Below, in pieces: positions 37,258 through 49,478 of a DNA stretch of 64,000 nucleotides (the stretch's first letter is position 1; the number at the start of each line of letters is the position of its first letter). The position numbers and the translations under genes were made by a program. This DNA is from Takakia lepidozioides. Its lineage: Eukaryota; Plantae; Bryophyta. Under the pieces are notes generated by a model. The model searched no databases, was not told the origin of the DNA, and saw nothing but the letters and a program-made list of their open reading frames with translations. Location of the stretch: contig CM060731.1 of NCBI GenBank assembly GCA_030704615.1, positions 55,428,001 to 55,492,000 of the forward strand, given 5' to 3'.

Positions 37258-37963
37258 AGGGTTTAGGGTTTAGGGTTAGGGTGGTCAACAAAGGCTTGCA
37301 AAGATAACAAAAAGTAGAAAAAATACTGGAAAAAGACACAGTAAATTTTATGGGGGGCCGGTTAGGACCCAAATACAAACGCAATGGAAACCAAGACAAA
37401 TGCATACAAAGTGCGCCTATCGTGCCTAAAGGGATGCTATATAAGACTATTATGTCTTATGCAAGGACTCCCGCCCTCACGAGATATAAGGTCTCTAATT
37501 GAAGAATGAGGCACTTTCGCTCCAAACGTAAGCTTTTTTATGTTTGCTTCTCCTTGTTTAGCGACAAAAATCTTGCTCACTATGGGCAAGCATGCGCTCA
37601 AGGCACTCACAAACATAGGGTCAAGTCTCAACCCCTAGTTGGAAAACTTATATGCCCCACCTTCAAAAAGAGGTTCGTACCTCTAAGGAAGAATGGGAGG
37701 GATTACCGCATAAGGTCATCGACGAGAAGGTTAGGTCGGCAGAGGCTTGCGCATGCCCATAGTCCTCTGATCGCTCGAGATGAACTCGAGGGAGGATCAA
37801 CCAAGTCCCTTCTCTCCGACCATGGGGCGTACGACAGGGGGAACCGTGTAGTCGGGGCTAAATTAGCTTGCCCGACACGATTACCATATACCCCCAGCCA
37901 CCTTCCCCATTGTAAAGCGGTGGCTAAGATGGCGTCAAACGGAAGGCTCTATACGCCCGTGCT
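37256..37963 (-). mobile_element. Telomeric tract (37256-37282) plus 5'-truncated unit B
   Basis: gtagggtttagggtttagggttagggtggtcaac..., the reverse complement of unit B. Confidence 0.8.
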
Positions 37964-39207
37964 TCTCGTCACGAAGTCCCAACCAAGCAATCCACCCATT
38001 CTACACATCAACAGAGATCCAAACCCACTTATGTGTCTATCTCCTTCTATCGAATTTGTAAACTACATTTGCTGCAAGAGAGCAACAGCCATGAGCATAA
38101 ATGACCTGTTAGAAGCACGCATGTGACCATCTCTGTCATCTGCTAGTCAGTACAGTGTTCGTAAGAGAAATGAAGTGAAATGAAATGAAATGGTGTTTTA
38201 TAACGTCCGCGGAAAGCTCAGAAGAAAGAGAGAAAGAAGCATGAGATTGCAATGACCTATCTGAGGGGAAGAGGTCACCGCTGCGTTTTTTCACCATGCA
38301 GAAAAATTTGACAAGAGTCTCTACGAACTCTGCTATAGGCAACTCCTCAATTTCCTTCTCCCTTCTCCCTGTCATCGGGGTTTTGTCATCGGGATAATTT
38401 AGGTTTTCTTGTGGCGGTCTGAGTTTCTTAGGGCTCTGCGGCCTGAGTTTGCTGATAGTGAGGTTTAAGTACTTAGGGTTTGTTGTCACCAGATCGTTTC
38501 AAGGTTATTGAAAGCTTTGCAAACTTTGTGAAGGCAGGCAGAAGCTCCACTTGCCTTCACTCCATAAATTTTTGCAAGGCTTTCGTAGCAAGGGTTGTAG
38601 GGTATGTCTTCTTGTACTTGGGAATTATCCCATATCGTTTGCACATAGTGAGGGTGTTTTTCTAGTATATAAGGATAGGCTTGGCTCTTAGGACTTCATC
38701 TCTTGGTGTTCCACTGATGAGCTTGAGCAATCAAGCGAAACTTGTTTGGAATAAAACACCTTAACTCTTTTTGTGTCTCCACACTTAGAGAAGTCGAGAG
38801 TCTAGTCCTTGCCCGCCCGGGCAATTTGGATCGAAGGGGTGCTCGGCTCCAAGGGGAATCCCAACCCTTGGATACTTCCGAGGTCTTTTTTCTTTCCGAA
38901 GCACGGGCGTATAGAGCCTTCCGTTTGACGCCATCTTAGCCACCGCTTACAATGGGGAAGGCGGCTGGGGGTATATGGTAATCGTGTCGGGCAAGCTAAT
39001 TTAGCCCCGTCTACACGATTCCCCCTGTCGTACGCCCGATGGTCGGAGAGAAGGGACTTGGTTGATCCTCCCTCGAGTTCATCTCGAGCGATCAGAGGAC
39101 TATGGGCATGCGCAAGCCTCTGCCGGCCTAACCTTCTCGTCGATGACCTTATGCGATAATCCCTCCCATTCTTCCTTAGAGGTATGAACCTCCTTTTGAA
39201 GGTGGGG
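37964..39207 (+). repeat. Inner inverted repeat arm (partner 43717-44955)
   Basis: Matching ORF translations on opposite strands (38136-38489 vs 44435-44776; 38480 vs 44259). Confidence 0.88.
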
Positions 39208-39434
39208 CATATAAGTTTTCCAACTAGGGGTTGAGACTTGACCCTATGTTTGTGAGTGCCTTGAGCGCATGCTTGCCCATAGTGAGCAAGATTTTTGTCG
39301 CTAAACAAGGAGAAGCAAAAATAAAAAAGCTTAGGGTTGGAACGAAAGTGCCTCATTCTTCAATTAGAGAACTTTATCTCGTGAGGGCGGGAGTCCTTGC
39401 ATAAGACATAATAGTCTTATTGCATCCCTTTAGG
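38619..39434 (+). mobile_element. Unit B (TATA at 38666-38672, hammerhead), broken at 3' and capped by TTTAGGG
   Basis: Matches 40512-41296 and 43717-44305 in reverse. catccctttagg|gtttaggg here versus catccctttagg|cacg in the uninterrupted copies. Confidence 0.8.
38705..38760 (+). ncRNA. Minimal type I hammerhead ribozyme (unit B)
   Basis: ggtg-ttcca-CTGATGA-GCTTGA gcaa TCAAGC-GAAA-C tt GTT-tggaa..cacc. 6-bp stem II closed by a GNRA loop. Confidence 0.87.
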
Positions 39435-40514
39435 GTTTAGGGTTTAGGGTTCAGGGTTCACATAAAGCGTCAAAACAAGTGTAGCAGTACAACGCGGATG
39501 CACCGGGTGCAAGATAAACACGATCCGGGCCAACAAGTTTTAGGGGGGGCCAGTTATGCACCCCTGGAAAAATTTCAGATCTTGTGAATCAAACCTGAAA
39601 GGAGAGATCCTGAGAGACATGAAACTAGAATAGAAGTATGCGAGGTGTCCTGAAATGCAACTGCAAACCTATGCAAGAGGCAAATGTGCGTATGAGAACT
39701 TTTTCACTGGATGCACAAGATAATAAGAACCCTATCTCTGTTTTGCAAGAGAATGGACACACTAGGAACAACTTAGATGCAGATCTCACATGCACTACTC
39801 GAGAGGGAGTTTACGGCATGCCGTATAGACACAGAGCACATAACAATGCAATGATCTAAAGCAGGGGATACAAACGCATCTAAAACTCGACAACTTCAAA
39901 GGGTGAGACCACGAGGCAAGATCATGCAAAGTAGTGAAGCCAAATCTTTATAGACCCCAGACTAGTTTCGCTCAGCGCGTGAGAAAGTCATCCAGTGAAT
40001 GAAAACAAGTTCTCGACAAGAGAGAACTAGATCCAAAGAATAAAAATCATCCAAATAGTCAATTGCATATCTCTCAAATACAACTAACTCCGTGAGTTTA
40101 TGACTATGTAACAACCAATTATGCTGAAGTTAGAGCATGTTGTGCAAAGTCGTAAGGGCTGAAACCACTTCGAAAGGAACGCACAACTCGTAAGAGCTTT
40201 GCACACGCAGACCATCGCGCAACCATCGTCTTGCTAAAGCCTGCAGCTGTGTTGTCCTGAACGTGTCCAACCACGATTCCCACCTTCCGACCTCCAAGAC
40301 GAAACACGGCTCGGTCTTCGTATTGTTGCCTCATCACATGAATGAGCAGCTTGGTCAAAAGAATGAAGATCAACATCTGCCTCCATTACGTGAAGGCGAT
40401 TAAAGATGTATTGCAGCTAACACTGTAAGAAAGTTTAGGGTTCACATAAAGCGTCAAAACAAGTGTAGCAGTACAACGCGGATGCACTGGGTGCAAGATA
40501 AATACGATCCGGGC
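39429..40514 (-). mobile_element. Telomeric tract plus more than one monomer of unit A1 (tandem junction), with TATA and the 5' half of the hammerhead deleted
   Basis: The A1 3' end occurs twice (39455 and 40433). Hammerhead 3' half ..TGAGC GAAAC ta GTC tgggg at 39983-39955. Confidence 0.75.
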
Positions 40515-41296
40515 AAGGACTCCCGCCCTCACGAGATAAGGTTCTCTAATTGAAGAATGAGGCACTTTCGCTCCAACCGTAAGCTTTTTTATGTTTGCTT
40601 CTCCTTGTTTAGCGACAAAAATCTTGCTCACTATGGGCAAGCATGCGCTCAAGGCACTCACAAACATAGGGTCAAGTCTCAACCCCTAGTTGGAAAACTT
40701 ATATGCCCCACCTTCAAAAAGAGGTTCGTACCTCTAAGGAAGAATGGGAGGGATTACCGCATAAGGTCATCGACGAGAAGGTTAGGTCGGCAGAGGCTTG
40801 CGCATGCCCATAGTCCTCTGATCGCTCGAGATGAACTCGAGGGCGGATCAACCAAGTCCCTTCTCTCCGACCATCGGGCGTACGACAGGAGGCATCGTGT
40901 AGTCGGGGCTAAATTAGCTTGCCCGACACGATTACCATATACCCCCAGCCGCCTTCCCCATTGTAAGCGGTGGCTAAGATGGCGTCAAACGGAAGGCTCT
41001 ATACGCCCGTGCTTCGGAAAGAAAAAAAGCCTCGGAAGTATCCAAGGGTTGGGATTCCCCTTGGAGCCGAGCAGCCCTTTGATCCAAGTTTGCCCAGGCG
41101 GGCAAGGACTAGACTCTCGACTTCTCTAAGTGTGGAGACACAAAAAGAGTTAAGGTGTTTTATTCCAAACAAGTTTCGCTTGATTGCTCAAGCTCATCAG
41201 TGGAACACCAAGAGATGAAGTCCTAAGAGCCAAGCCTATCCTTATATACTAGAAAAGCACCCTCACTATGTGCAAACGATATGGGATAATTCCCAA
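40512..41296 (-). mobile_element. Unit B directly downstream of RT copy 2 (pLTR-like position)
   Basis: Same strand as the RT, starting ~165 nt after its stop codon. TATATAA at 41248-41242. Confidence 0.75.
41154..41209 (-). ncRNA. Hammerhead ribozyme (unit B)
   Basis: Exact reverse complement of 38705-38760. Confidence 0.87.
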
Positions 41297-41459
41297 GGCA
41301 ATAATAATGCCACTAAAGCACTAATTTAGCCTCCAAGTCAAAACTGCATTAATTAGTCAATGGTCCAAATTAATTGTTGGAACCCTTTGACTTTAACATC
41401 AACACTAGGGCTATCAAAGAGGCAAAATTAATAATGCTAGGGACATTTGCACTACAAAA

Positions 41460-42587
41460 TCATCCTATCATTCTAGATTTAACTAGGAATGAACTCAGCT
41501 TTCGTGGATTCCTCCAACAAATCATCACTCGAGGAAGAAACCGAAGCTCCGGGACTTGCTGAAGCAACTCGTGGAGTCTAGGGTTTAGGGTGGCCCCCAA
41601 GTTCAAGGCTCGAGTGTACGAAGAGTATTCGAGCTTAAGAACAAGGGGGGCCCGTTTACCCTCAACTGCGCGTTGCGTCTGTTGGTCGAGTAGAGCGGAT
41701 CTGAGGTCGTCGGAGATCGTGATGAAGCAACTCCGGATGAACGCCGCCGGATAACCTCGGGCTCGAAGACGTTTGTAAAACAAAAGTCGCAAATGGTTGA
41801 ACCCTTGGATGGTGCTTTCTCGTATTACGTACCGTTGGAGCTCGCCGACGACGAAAGCTTTCTTTTGGTGATGTGGATGCCACGAGGACCAAGGCAAGTA
41901 TTGATACTTGTTCTGGGCTTTTTGATGACATCTAGTAGAGAGCCGTCGAGTTTGGATGAAGTCGTCTCCTTTGAAGAAGGTGATATCCAAGATGTCGGCG
42001 GACGTCGGGCTTATGGCGGTCGTGATTTTGATGCCATCGAACATAGAACCGTAGTTCCGTAACCAGGACCGGAGGCTCTTTTCGGAGCCTACCCAGATGC
42101 CAAAGCCGTCGTCGATATAGCGCTTAAGATAAAGCAGCTCTTGCTCCGATGGGCACACGTACTCCATGTACATCTCCAACCGACAGAGGAACAAACAAGC
42201 GTAAACAACTGCAAAGTTGCTCCCCATGGCCGTCCCGCGAATTTGGTGCCAAAAACTACCATTGAACTCAAGGTAATGGTGTTTCAAGACTAATCCAGCG
42301 AGGGTCATGATCAGGTCTTTTTTGTGTTTGGTGAAATTACCTCCAATAGCACATTCGAGCTCATACAAGCCGAGCTCGGTGATGATGCTGGGATATAGAG
42401 ATTCCACGTCAAACGTAAAAAGAAGAGCATGCGAGGGGACCTCGAGTTGGGAAACCTCTCGAAGAAGCGTGAGAGAATCAACCAAATCAGTGGGTTCCTT
42501 GAGAAGTACTGGAAGGAGTTGGTGATGGAGCCAAATTGAAGCATGCTCGAAGATGTAGTTGTTGTAGAAACAAATGGGTCTTCCAAG
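41460..42587 (-). pseudogene. Penelope-like RT, copy 2; 5'-truncated and capped by telomeric repeats
   Basis: Highly similar to 21048-22175. Stops at tcttccaa|gtttagggtttaggg. Confidence 0.9.
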
Positions 42588-42632
42588 TTTAGGGTTTAGG
42601 GTTTAGGGTTCAGGGTTGAGGGTTCAGGGTTT
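42587..42632 (+). repeat. Telomeric tract with TTCAGGG/TTGAGGG variants
   Basis: gtttagggtttagggtttagggttcagggttgagggttcagggttt. Confidence 0.95.
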
Positions 42633-43716
42633 TTGCCCCACCAGATTTTCTTCCTGAATCACCTCATCCGCTACAGGTGCTGCAGTGTCTTGATATTCTA
42701 CCCCTGGTACTTCCGTCACAGGTGTGGGTATTACATGCACAATAGGGTTTCCCCTGGACAACCGTTGCACCTCTGGAATCACCGTTTCCCTTACCAAGCC
42801 AGAGTTTTCATAGAGAAGGTCACCCTTCTCAATTTCGGCCACGACCTGCTCTGTAGTGGGAATGTCCAACCTTTCTCCTTCCTGAGCAATTGGTGGTGAT
42901 GCCACAACATATACTAGTTGTGGAACCTCCAAAACAACAGAGTCAATTGGTTGTGGTCAACAAAGGCTTGCAAAGGTAACAAAAAGTAGAAAAAATACTA
43001 GAAAAAGACACAGTAAATTTTAAGGGGGTCGGGACACATGAGGGGTTGCCCCTGTGGTGGGGGCAGCGGCAGCGATAGGTACGGGGGGCTGAAGCACCCT
43101 TAGTGCCCAAGGCACTCAAGGAGGCGGAGGCGCTCACTAGGTGGAGCCCCGCACACCGGGTTGCGGTGGGGGTGGCTCCACAAGGGGTGGTGGTAGCTTA
43201 GCGGGACTTAGTGGGGGTGGCATAGGACTCACCATGGGGGCGGAGACCTCGTGGTGGGAGTCGTGGGGAGTCTTGGGACTCATCACGGTCCATAGGGGCC
43301 GTGGTGAGTGGGCCAAGACTCACCGCGACTCATCACCGGGAGTCGAGGGTTTTCGTGGTGGTTCGCCATAAAATGGCATGGCTGGTTGTGAAACCCCCGC
43401 GGACAGCTACAGAAGTATATATAGGGAGTAGTAACCCCGAGAACAGTGCAAGCCCGTTGGTGACCAAAAACTAGTGAGTAAGCGAGCGAGCCGGAAATCG
43501 ACCAAAGAGTAGGGAGCTGTTCCGGACTGCCAACTACCAAAGGGAATTCCCGCTGGTTCCAAATCGGTGGAGGGTTCTTTGGGAGAACAAAGGGGGACCG
43601 TTATGCCCCGTTGAGCAGCCGAAGCTCCAAGTTGGCCCGGCGGCCAGATTGGGAGTCAGGCGCGCGTATCAAAGCGAATAACTATGACTTGAGGGGAGCT
43701 TACCGAAGTGAGGGAC

Positions 43717-44305
43717 ACCCCACCTTCAAAAAGAGGTTCGTACCTCTAAGGAAGAATGGGAGGGATTACTGCATAAGGTCATCGACGAGAAGGTTAAGTC
43801 GGCAGAGGCTTGCGCATGCCCATAGTCCTCTGATCGCTCGAGATGAACTCGAGGGAGGATCAACCAAGTCCCTTCTCTCCGACCATGGGGCGTACGACAG
43901 GGGGAACCGTGTAGTCGGGGCTAAATTAGCTTGCCCGACACGATTACCATATACCCCCAGCCGCCTTCCCCATTGTAAGCGGTGGCTAAGATGGCGTCAA
44001 ACGGAAGGCTCTATACGCCCGTGCTTCGGAAAGAAAAAGACCTCGGAAGTATCCAAGGGTTGGGATTCCCCTTGGAGCCGAGCACCCCTTCGATCCAAAT
44101 TGCCCGGGCGGGCAAGGACTAGACTCTCGACTTCTCTAAGTGTGGAGACACAAAAAGAGTTAAGGTGTTTTATTCCAAACAAGTTTCGCTTGATTGCTCA
44201 AGCTCATCAGTGGAACACCAAGAGATGAAGTCCTAAGAGCCAAGCCTATCCTTATATACTAGAAAAGCACCCTCACTATGTGCAAACGATATGGGATAAT
44301 TCCCA
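43717..44305 (-). mobile_element. Unit B 5' part
   Basis: Reverse complement of 38619-39207. Confidence 0.8.
44164..44219 (-). ncRNA. Hammerhead ribozyme (unit B)
   Basis: Exact reverse complement of 38705-38760. Confidence 0.87.
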
Positions 44306-45942
44306 AGTACAAGAAGACATACCCTACAACCCTTGCTACGAAAGCCTTGCAAAAATTTATGGAGTGAAGGCAAGTGGAGCTTCTGCCTGCCTTCACAAAG
44401 TTTGCAAGGCTTTCAATAACCTTGAAACGATCTGGTGACAACAAACCCTAAGTACTTAAACCTCACTATCAGCAAACTCAGGCCGCAGAGCCCTAAGAAA
44501 CTCAGACCGCCACAAGAAAACCTAAATTATCCCGATGACAAAACCCCGATGACAGGGAGAAGGGAGAAGGAAATTGAGGAGTTGCCTATAGCAGAGTTCG
44601 CAGAGACTCTTGTCAAATTTTTCTGCATGGTGAAAAAACGCAGCGGTGACCTCTTCCCCTCAGATAGGTCATTGCAATCTCATGCTTCTTCCTCTCTTTC
44701 TTCTGAGCTTTCCGCGGACGTTATAAAACACCATTTCATTTCATTTCATTTCTCTTACGAACACTGTACTGACTAGCAGATGAGAGAGATGGTCACATGC
44801 GTGCTTCTAACAGGTCATTTATGCTCATGGCTGTTGCTCTCTTGCAGCAAATGTAGTTTACAAATTCGATAGAAGGAGATAGACACATAAGTGGGTTTGG
44901 ATCTCTGTTGATGTGTAGAATGGGTGGATTGCTTGGTTGGGACTTCGTGACGAGAACAGAGAAACGCTGTGCGGCAGGGAACAGATTAGACACTGTTATG
45001 ACTGGTTGGCTGTTTGCTTCCGTTCTTACACTCAAAACGAATCCAATTCTGTGGTTGGCTGGTTGGATGTTTCGAGGGTTTGCACGAATCCTCAACTTCC
45101 ATTACAAAACGTTGGCACTACAAGGTCAGCATGATGGTCCAATTGTGGAACCCAACAAAGACATGCTGTTTGAAAAGGCCCGAATTGTGTGCATGGAGGC
45201 AATGAAGTATTCCATCCTCGATGGGGGCAATGTGAATAAGTCAAAGCTGGTTTTGCATCCCCGAGAGTCAGAGTAAGTTTTCTTACAGCATCCAGATAAC
45301 CAGATTTTGGACCCAGATGGGTTGGTACGGCGGCTGGTGTATTATGATAGGGAGTAAAGGAAGAAGTTGCCGGAGAACGTGGATGAAAGCCGAAAAGGGG
45401 CGGCAGCGAGCAGTGATGCTACTGGATGTGAGAAAAATGGAGACGGTTGCCTGGAGAATCATAGCAATGATTTGCAACAGCCCTCTGCAAACCATGACCC
45501 CGATACAGATGGTGACAGTTTGATGGGCCCTGAAAGTGTGAGCAAGGAAAACACTAAGAGTTTGGGGGTCACACATTGGTGTTGGAGCTACCTGGTATGG
45601 GATGGTTGAACTTGCTGGTTGCAGCATGGGATGTGTGCGCATATAAAGAAGGCTGCTCAAATTAAGCAACTGGTCATCTGGCGGCTCGCTGGTTATCTCA
45701 TTTCCCCCCTGAATTCTGTATTGTAAGTCCTAGTACTCGATAAATACTTTGATAAATGTAGCCAAGCCCTCGGGAGTATCCAACTTTTGAAAAGTGGTGG
45801 TGAAGCTGTATATATTTTAAAACTTTTGATCCAGACAAAATTGGTGTAGAGGACTCTCCCTGTATAAGAAAGGCTTTCTTATAGCCTCCCGCATTTTACC
45901 AAATAACTTCAGGTGTAGCCAATAGAGTCAGCCTCTACAGTT

Positions 45943-47330
45943 TCATGTAATTTGTACAGGAGATAACCAAGCATCTTCCAATGCCTTCTCTGCAGTCCAC
46001 TGCTTAGACTTAAGACTGCTAATAAACCGCTGAGCAGTACCGCAATGTGGGGATTGCAGAAGTACTCCCAGCTGATACAAATCTGACTGGGGAGTGTAGT
46101 GGCCGTCCTCCAACATGTCCTCGCTCCAATCAGCAAAAGGCAGAAATCCTTCTGGCAATTTGAATGGAGATTGAGCTACCGTTTCAAGGTCTATGAGCAT
46201 GAACCCCTCCGCTGAAACCTGCACAATATTGGGCAACCGGATATCCCTATGGACGAGGTTTGCCGCATGCAGGACAGACAAAGCCTTTAACACGTCCCGA
46301 GCCAACAGCTTCATATCGTTCTCCGACCTCAACAACGGGGAGTAGCCCAGCGGACTGATCACAATATTATAAGTACCTCTACGATCCATTTCAGGCTCTG
46401 AAATTACCTCCGGAAGAGAAGGGACTCCTCGTGCAACATTGTAGGCCTGCCGAATCAGTTCAAAAGTGGTCCTTTTCTCAATACAATACCTTGGGAAGTT
46501 CCTTATTGCCTTCCGAACACTGCTCGGCTGAAAGTATATCGTCCTATCCCCACATTCTTCTTCAGAAAACATTGCCCGCCGGCCTGGCACTTCCGGGATT
46601 GACTCCACCATCTTCTTCATGATCTCATAGGCATTGCCAAGGCTGAGTAACAAGAAGAGGCGGTCAGAAAGGTTCAAGACATTAAGACATGGGTTGATTC
46701 GAAATGCCCTCTTTCCATCCTTGTCGATATAAACCCATTGGAAGGCTGTGCCTGCTGCGATATAGCCGAGAATGAATTGAACCTCCCCATAAAACATCGG
46801 ACTAAGTGGCATCATCTTTCTCAAAATATCCTCTTCAGCAGCAGGTAAGCCGGCCAGCTCGGCCTCACCAACCAGAAAAGTGCATCCACCGGCAATTCCA
46901 ATCATGTCAGGCCTCAGCTGTTTTCCAATAGTTTTGGTGCTAGAAGTACCTGTCTTGCTTTCACTAGTATAGAACAAAAGCTGGGCATTCAAAGCAGGCA
47001 TGCAGAACCGGTCATACAAAGAGAATACCGTCTTAAAACAAAATCCCACAAATATGGATACGTCCTGCTCTGATACTGGAGGGGCAACATTGGCAAGCAA
47101 CAATGCTGATAGCGTCACAGGGAGCTCTGACTCATCTGCCTCCACGATGAAATCCCATGCCTGAGAGGGCAACTTCTGTCGGAGTGTCAAGTAGGTAATT
47201 TTGCACACAGGAAGCTTTCCGTGATCCGTAGGAAACAATACTGCTGTTAGCTCACAAGAGTTTTGTGGGAGCTTGATAGGCTGAGGCCGCAGCAGAGAAT
47301 GGATCCACATTCCAGACCTTTCAATCAATT
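45943..47330 (-). CDS. Crinkler/CR-type PD-(D/E)xK-like plus protein kinase exon (K2), open frame
   Basis: RPDMIG..FLVGEAE, FYGEVQFILGYIAAG, LVHRDIRLPNIV, LIDLE, SDLYQLG, ALEDAWL. No ATG start; begins after a ccag acceptor at 47331. Confidence 0.8.
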
Positions 47331-48654
47331 CTGGTGGACACAAATAACAATTCAGTTAAGCATAGCAAGGAAGACCAGAACAGAGTAACAAGAAGCAAGG
47401 AAATGCACAATGGTAGTAATTATCATACTAATGAAGTAATTAATTAACATATAAGACACATAAGATTCGTGATGGTTCATCTAACCAAAGGAGCCTCCTC
47501 ATCATCAAACTTTATAACATAAAAAAAGACAAGCTCAGACTGCCCTAGGCAACGTGATCTCACACTCTAACCATCATCCCATGTTGTTGAGTTGCATCTA
47601 TCATGTAGTGCACAACCAGAATTCCACATATAAATAACAAACAACCGTGTCTTTCAAAGGACCCTCCTGCGCTGGAAAGCTGGCTGTCATGGTGGACATA
47701 CCGATACTACCAATTGGGAGCATATGTTCGCAATGTAAGTGTTCGCTTTCTCCATACACTGTGCAACTCGTTACTCTAGCTAATCATTGTCCAGACAAAC
47801 TCCAGAAACAAAACCTAAGTATCAAGAACTCCACAAATACTCGATGCAACAAATAAAGACAACCCTAGGCACTCATGAGAAATGAGGGGTTTGAACGATA
47901 CTACTCATATTTGCAGCCACGCATCAAACAAACCCTAGCTATGAAAAGAATCAAGAAAAGATCCCAGCATCAGCAACCTAGGTGCCAAGATTCTACACAA
48001 CCTCTGAATTACACCAAATGGGACGTTGGGGATTTAGGGGACCGTGCGGGAGTAAACATAACCTACAGGACAAACAGCTCCAGTAAGTACAAGAAGACAT
48101 ACCCTACAACCCTTGCTACGAAAGCCTTGCAAAAATTTATGGAGTGAAGGCAAGTGGAGCTTCTGCCTGCCTCACAAAGTTTGCAAAACTTTCAATAACC
48201 TTGAAACGATCTGGTGACAACAAACCCTAAGTACTTAAACCTCACTATCAGCAAACTCAGGCCGCAGAGCCCTAAGAAACTCAGACCGCCACAGGAAAAC
48301 CTAAATTATCCCGATGACAAAACCCCGATGACAGGGAGAAGGGTTTACCACTGCCTTTACTTGTGTCTGTTGTTGAAGGAGCATCAACCTGCTTAAAGGT
48401 ATAGTCTCCTGGGTCCAAGGAATCGCTCCCAAGCAGCAGAACTCCCTCTTGATTAAACAAATCCCCATATTGATTTGCATTGTCATCGGGTGTCTAGAGG
48501 GCAAGTATGAAAATAAAGTAACCCCACCTTCAAAGGGAGATCGTTAACCGAGCGTCACTACCCTAACACTAGTCATAGCTAAGAAACAAACTAATCATGA
48601 AGAATTGTCCCTTTTCTTTCCACTATTGTTCTATTGTTGTTCTATCTTGAATCT

Positions 48655-49478
48655 TTGGCATTCCGTCCTTAAGCTCCCGACGAGATGAATTCAAGGTCAG
48701 ATGGTGGGGTCAGCTGCAACATATGCCCAACACCAGATATCCTAAGTTAATCGACTCTATATCTTGGAAACAGGACCGCCCTGTCAAACAGGCTAAGTCC
48801 TGGCAGAAGAGAGTAGAAGAGACTCTCAAGGACCTGGACCTGGAGCCGCAAGTCTTGACCCTGCTGGATAAATCTGACTTAGAGGCTGTAGTGTCCAAAG
48901 CCATGTCTTTTGCCATGAGATTGTCTGATGAAAATGAAGTTAGGCAGAAAACTTCCCTGAACCTGTTTCCAGTCAGTGACATGGGGGAGGATATCTTGGA
49001 TGACCTCAAGGGTCTACCCACTCTCGGCACTAGACTGAAATTTAAACTCAGGGCAGGAAACCTACCTTTGAACAGCAAACAGAAGCAGAGAGGAAAGAGA
49101 GAGTGCAATTGCCCGTTGTGTGGGCAATCTGAAGACAGTATTCATTTTTTGATACACTGTCCAGGGTTCTCTCACCAAAGAGACGCTCTCTTCAAATCTA
49201 TCAAGGGAATTGTGCCTGTACCCCTGTTTACCAACTTTGAAAGTCTCGAGGCTGAGCCGAAAGCCCAGGCCCTCCTGAGGCCTAGTTTTTGGGCAAATCA
49301 CACACAGCAGATTGATGCTTGTGTGAAGGGATTTCTAGAGGATATCTGGAAAACCCGGATTAATTCTATATATCAAGGTAAGTCTTACTACCAACGTCAG
49401 CCCCTGACAGAGGTACGTTCTATCCCTTTTGTTCCCGCTCAAACTGGGCGCGGGGTCAATGTCCACAAGGCTACGTAA
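48655..49478 (+). pseudogene. Non-LTR retrotransposon ORF2 C-terminal fragment
   Basis: RWWGQLQHMPNTRYPK..KLRAG..CPLCGQSEDSIHFLIHCP..IWKTR. Repeated at 49846-50255 and ~61870-62680 (-). Confidence 0.78.

Noticed and set aside
37506-38126. Recurrent ~190-206 aa ORF MRHFRS.. (also 38802, 40557, 43611)
   Set aside because: It is antisense to the TATA-hammerhead unit B, its ends differ between copies and it has no motif. Its recurrence reflects DNA duplication.
43280-43345. Hammerhead-like GTGATGAGTC motifs on the minus strand
   Set aside because: The core is GUGAUGA rather than CUGAUGA and no GAAA follows a stem II.
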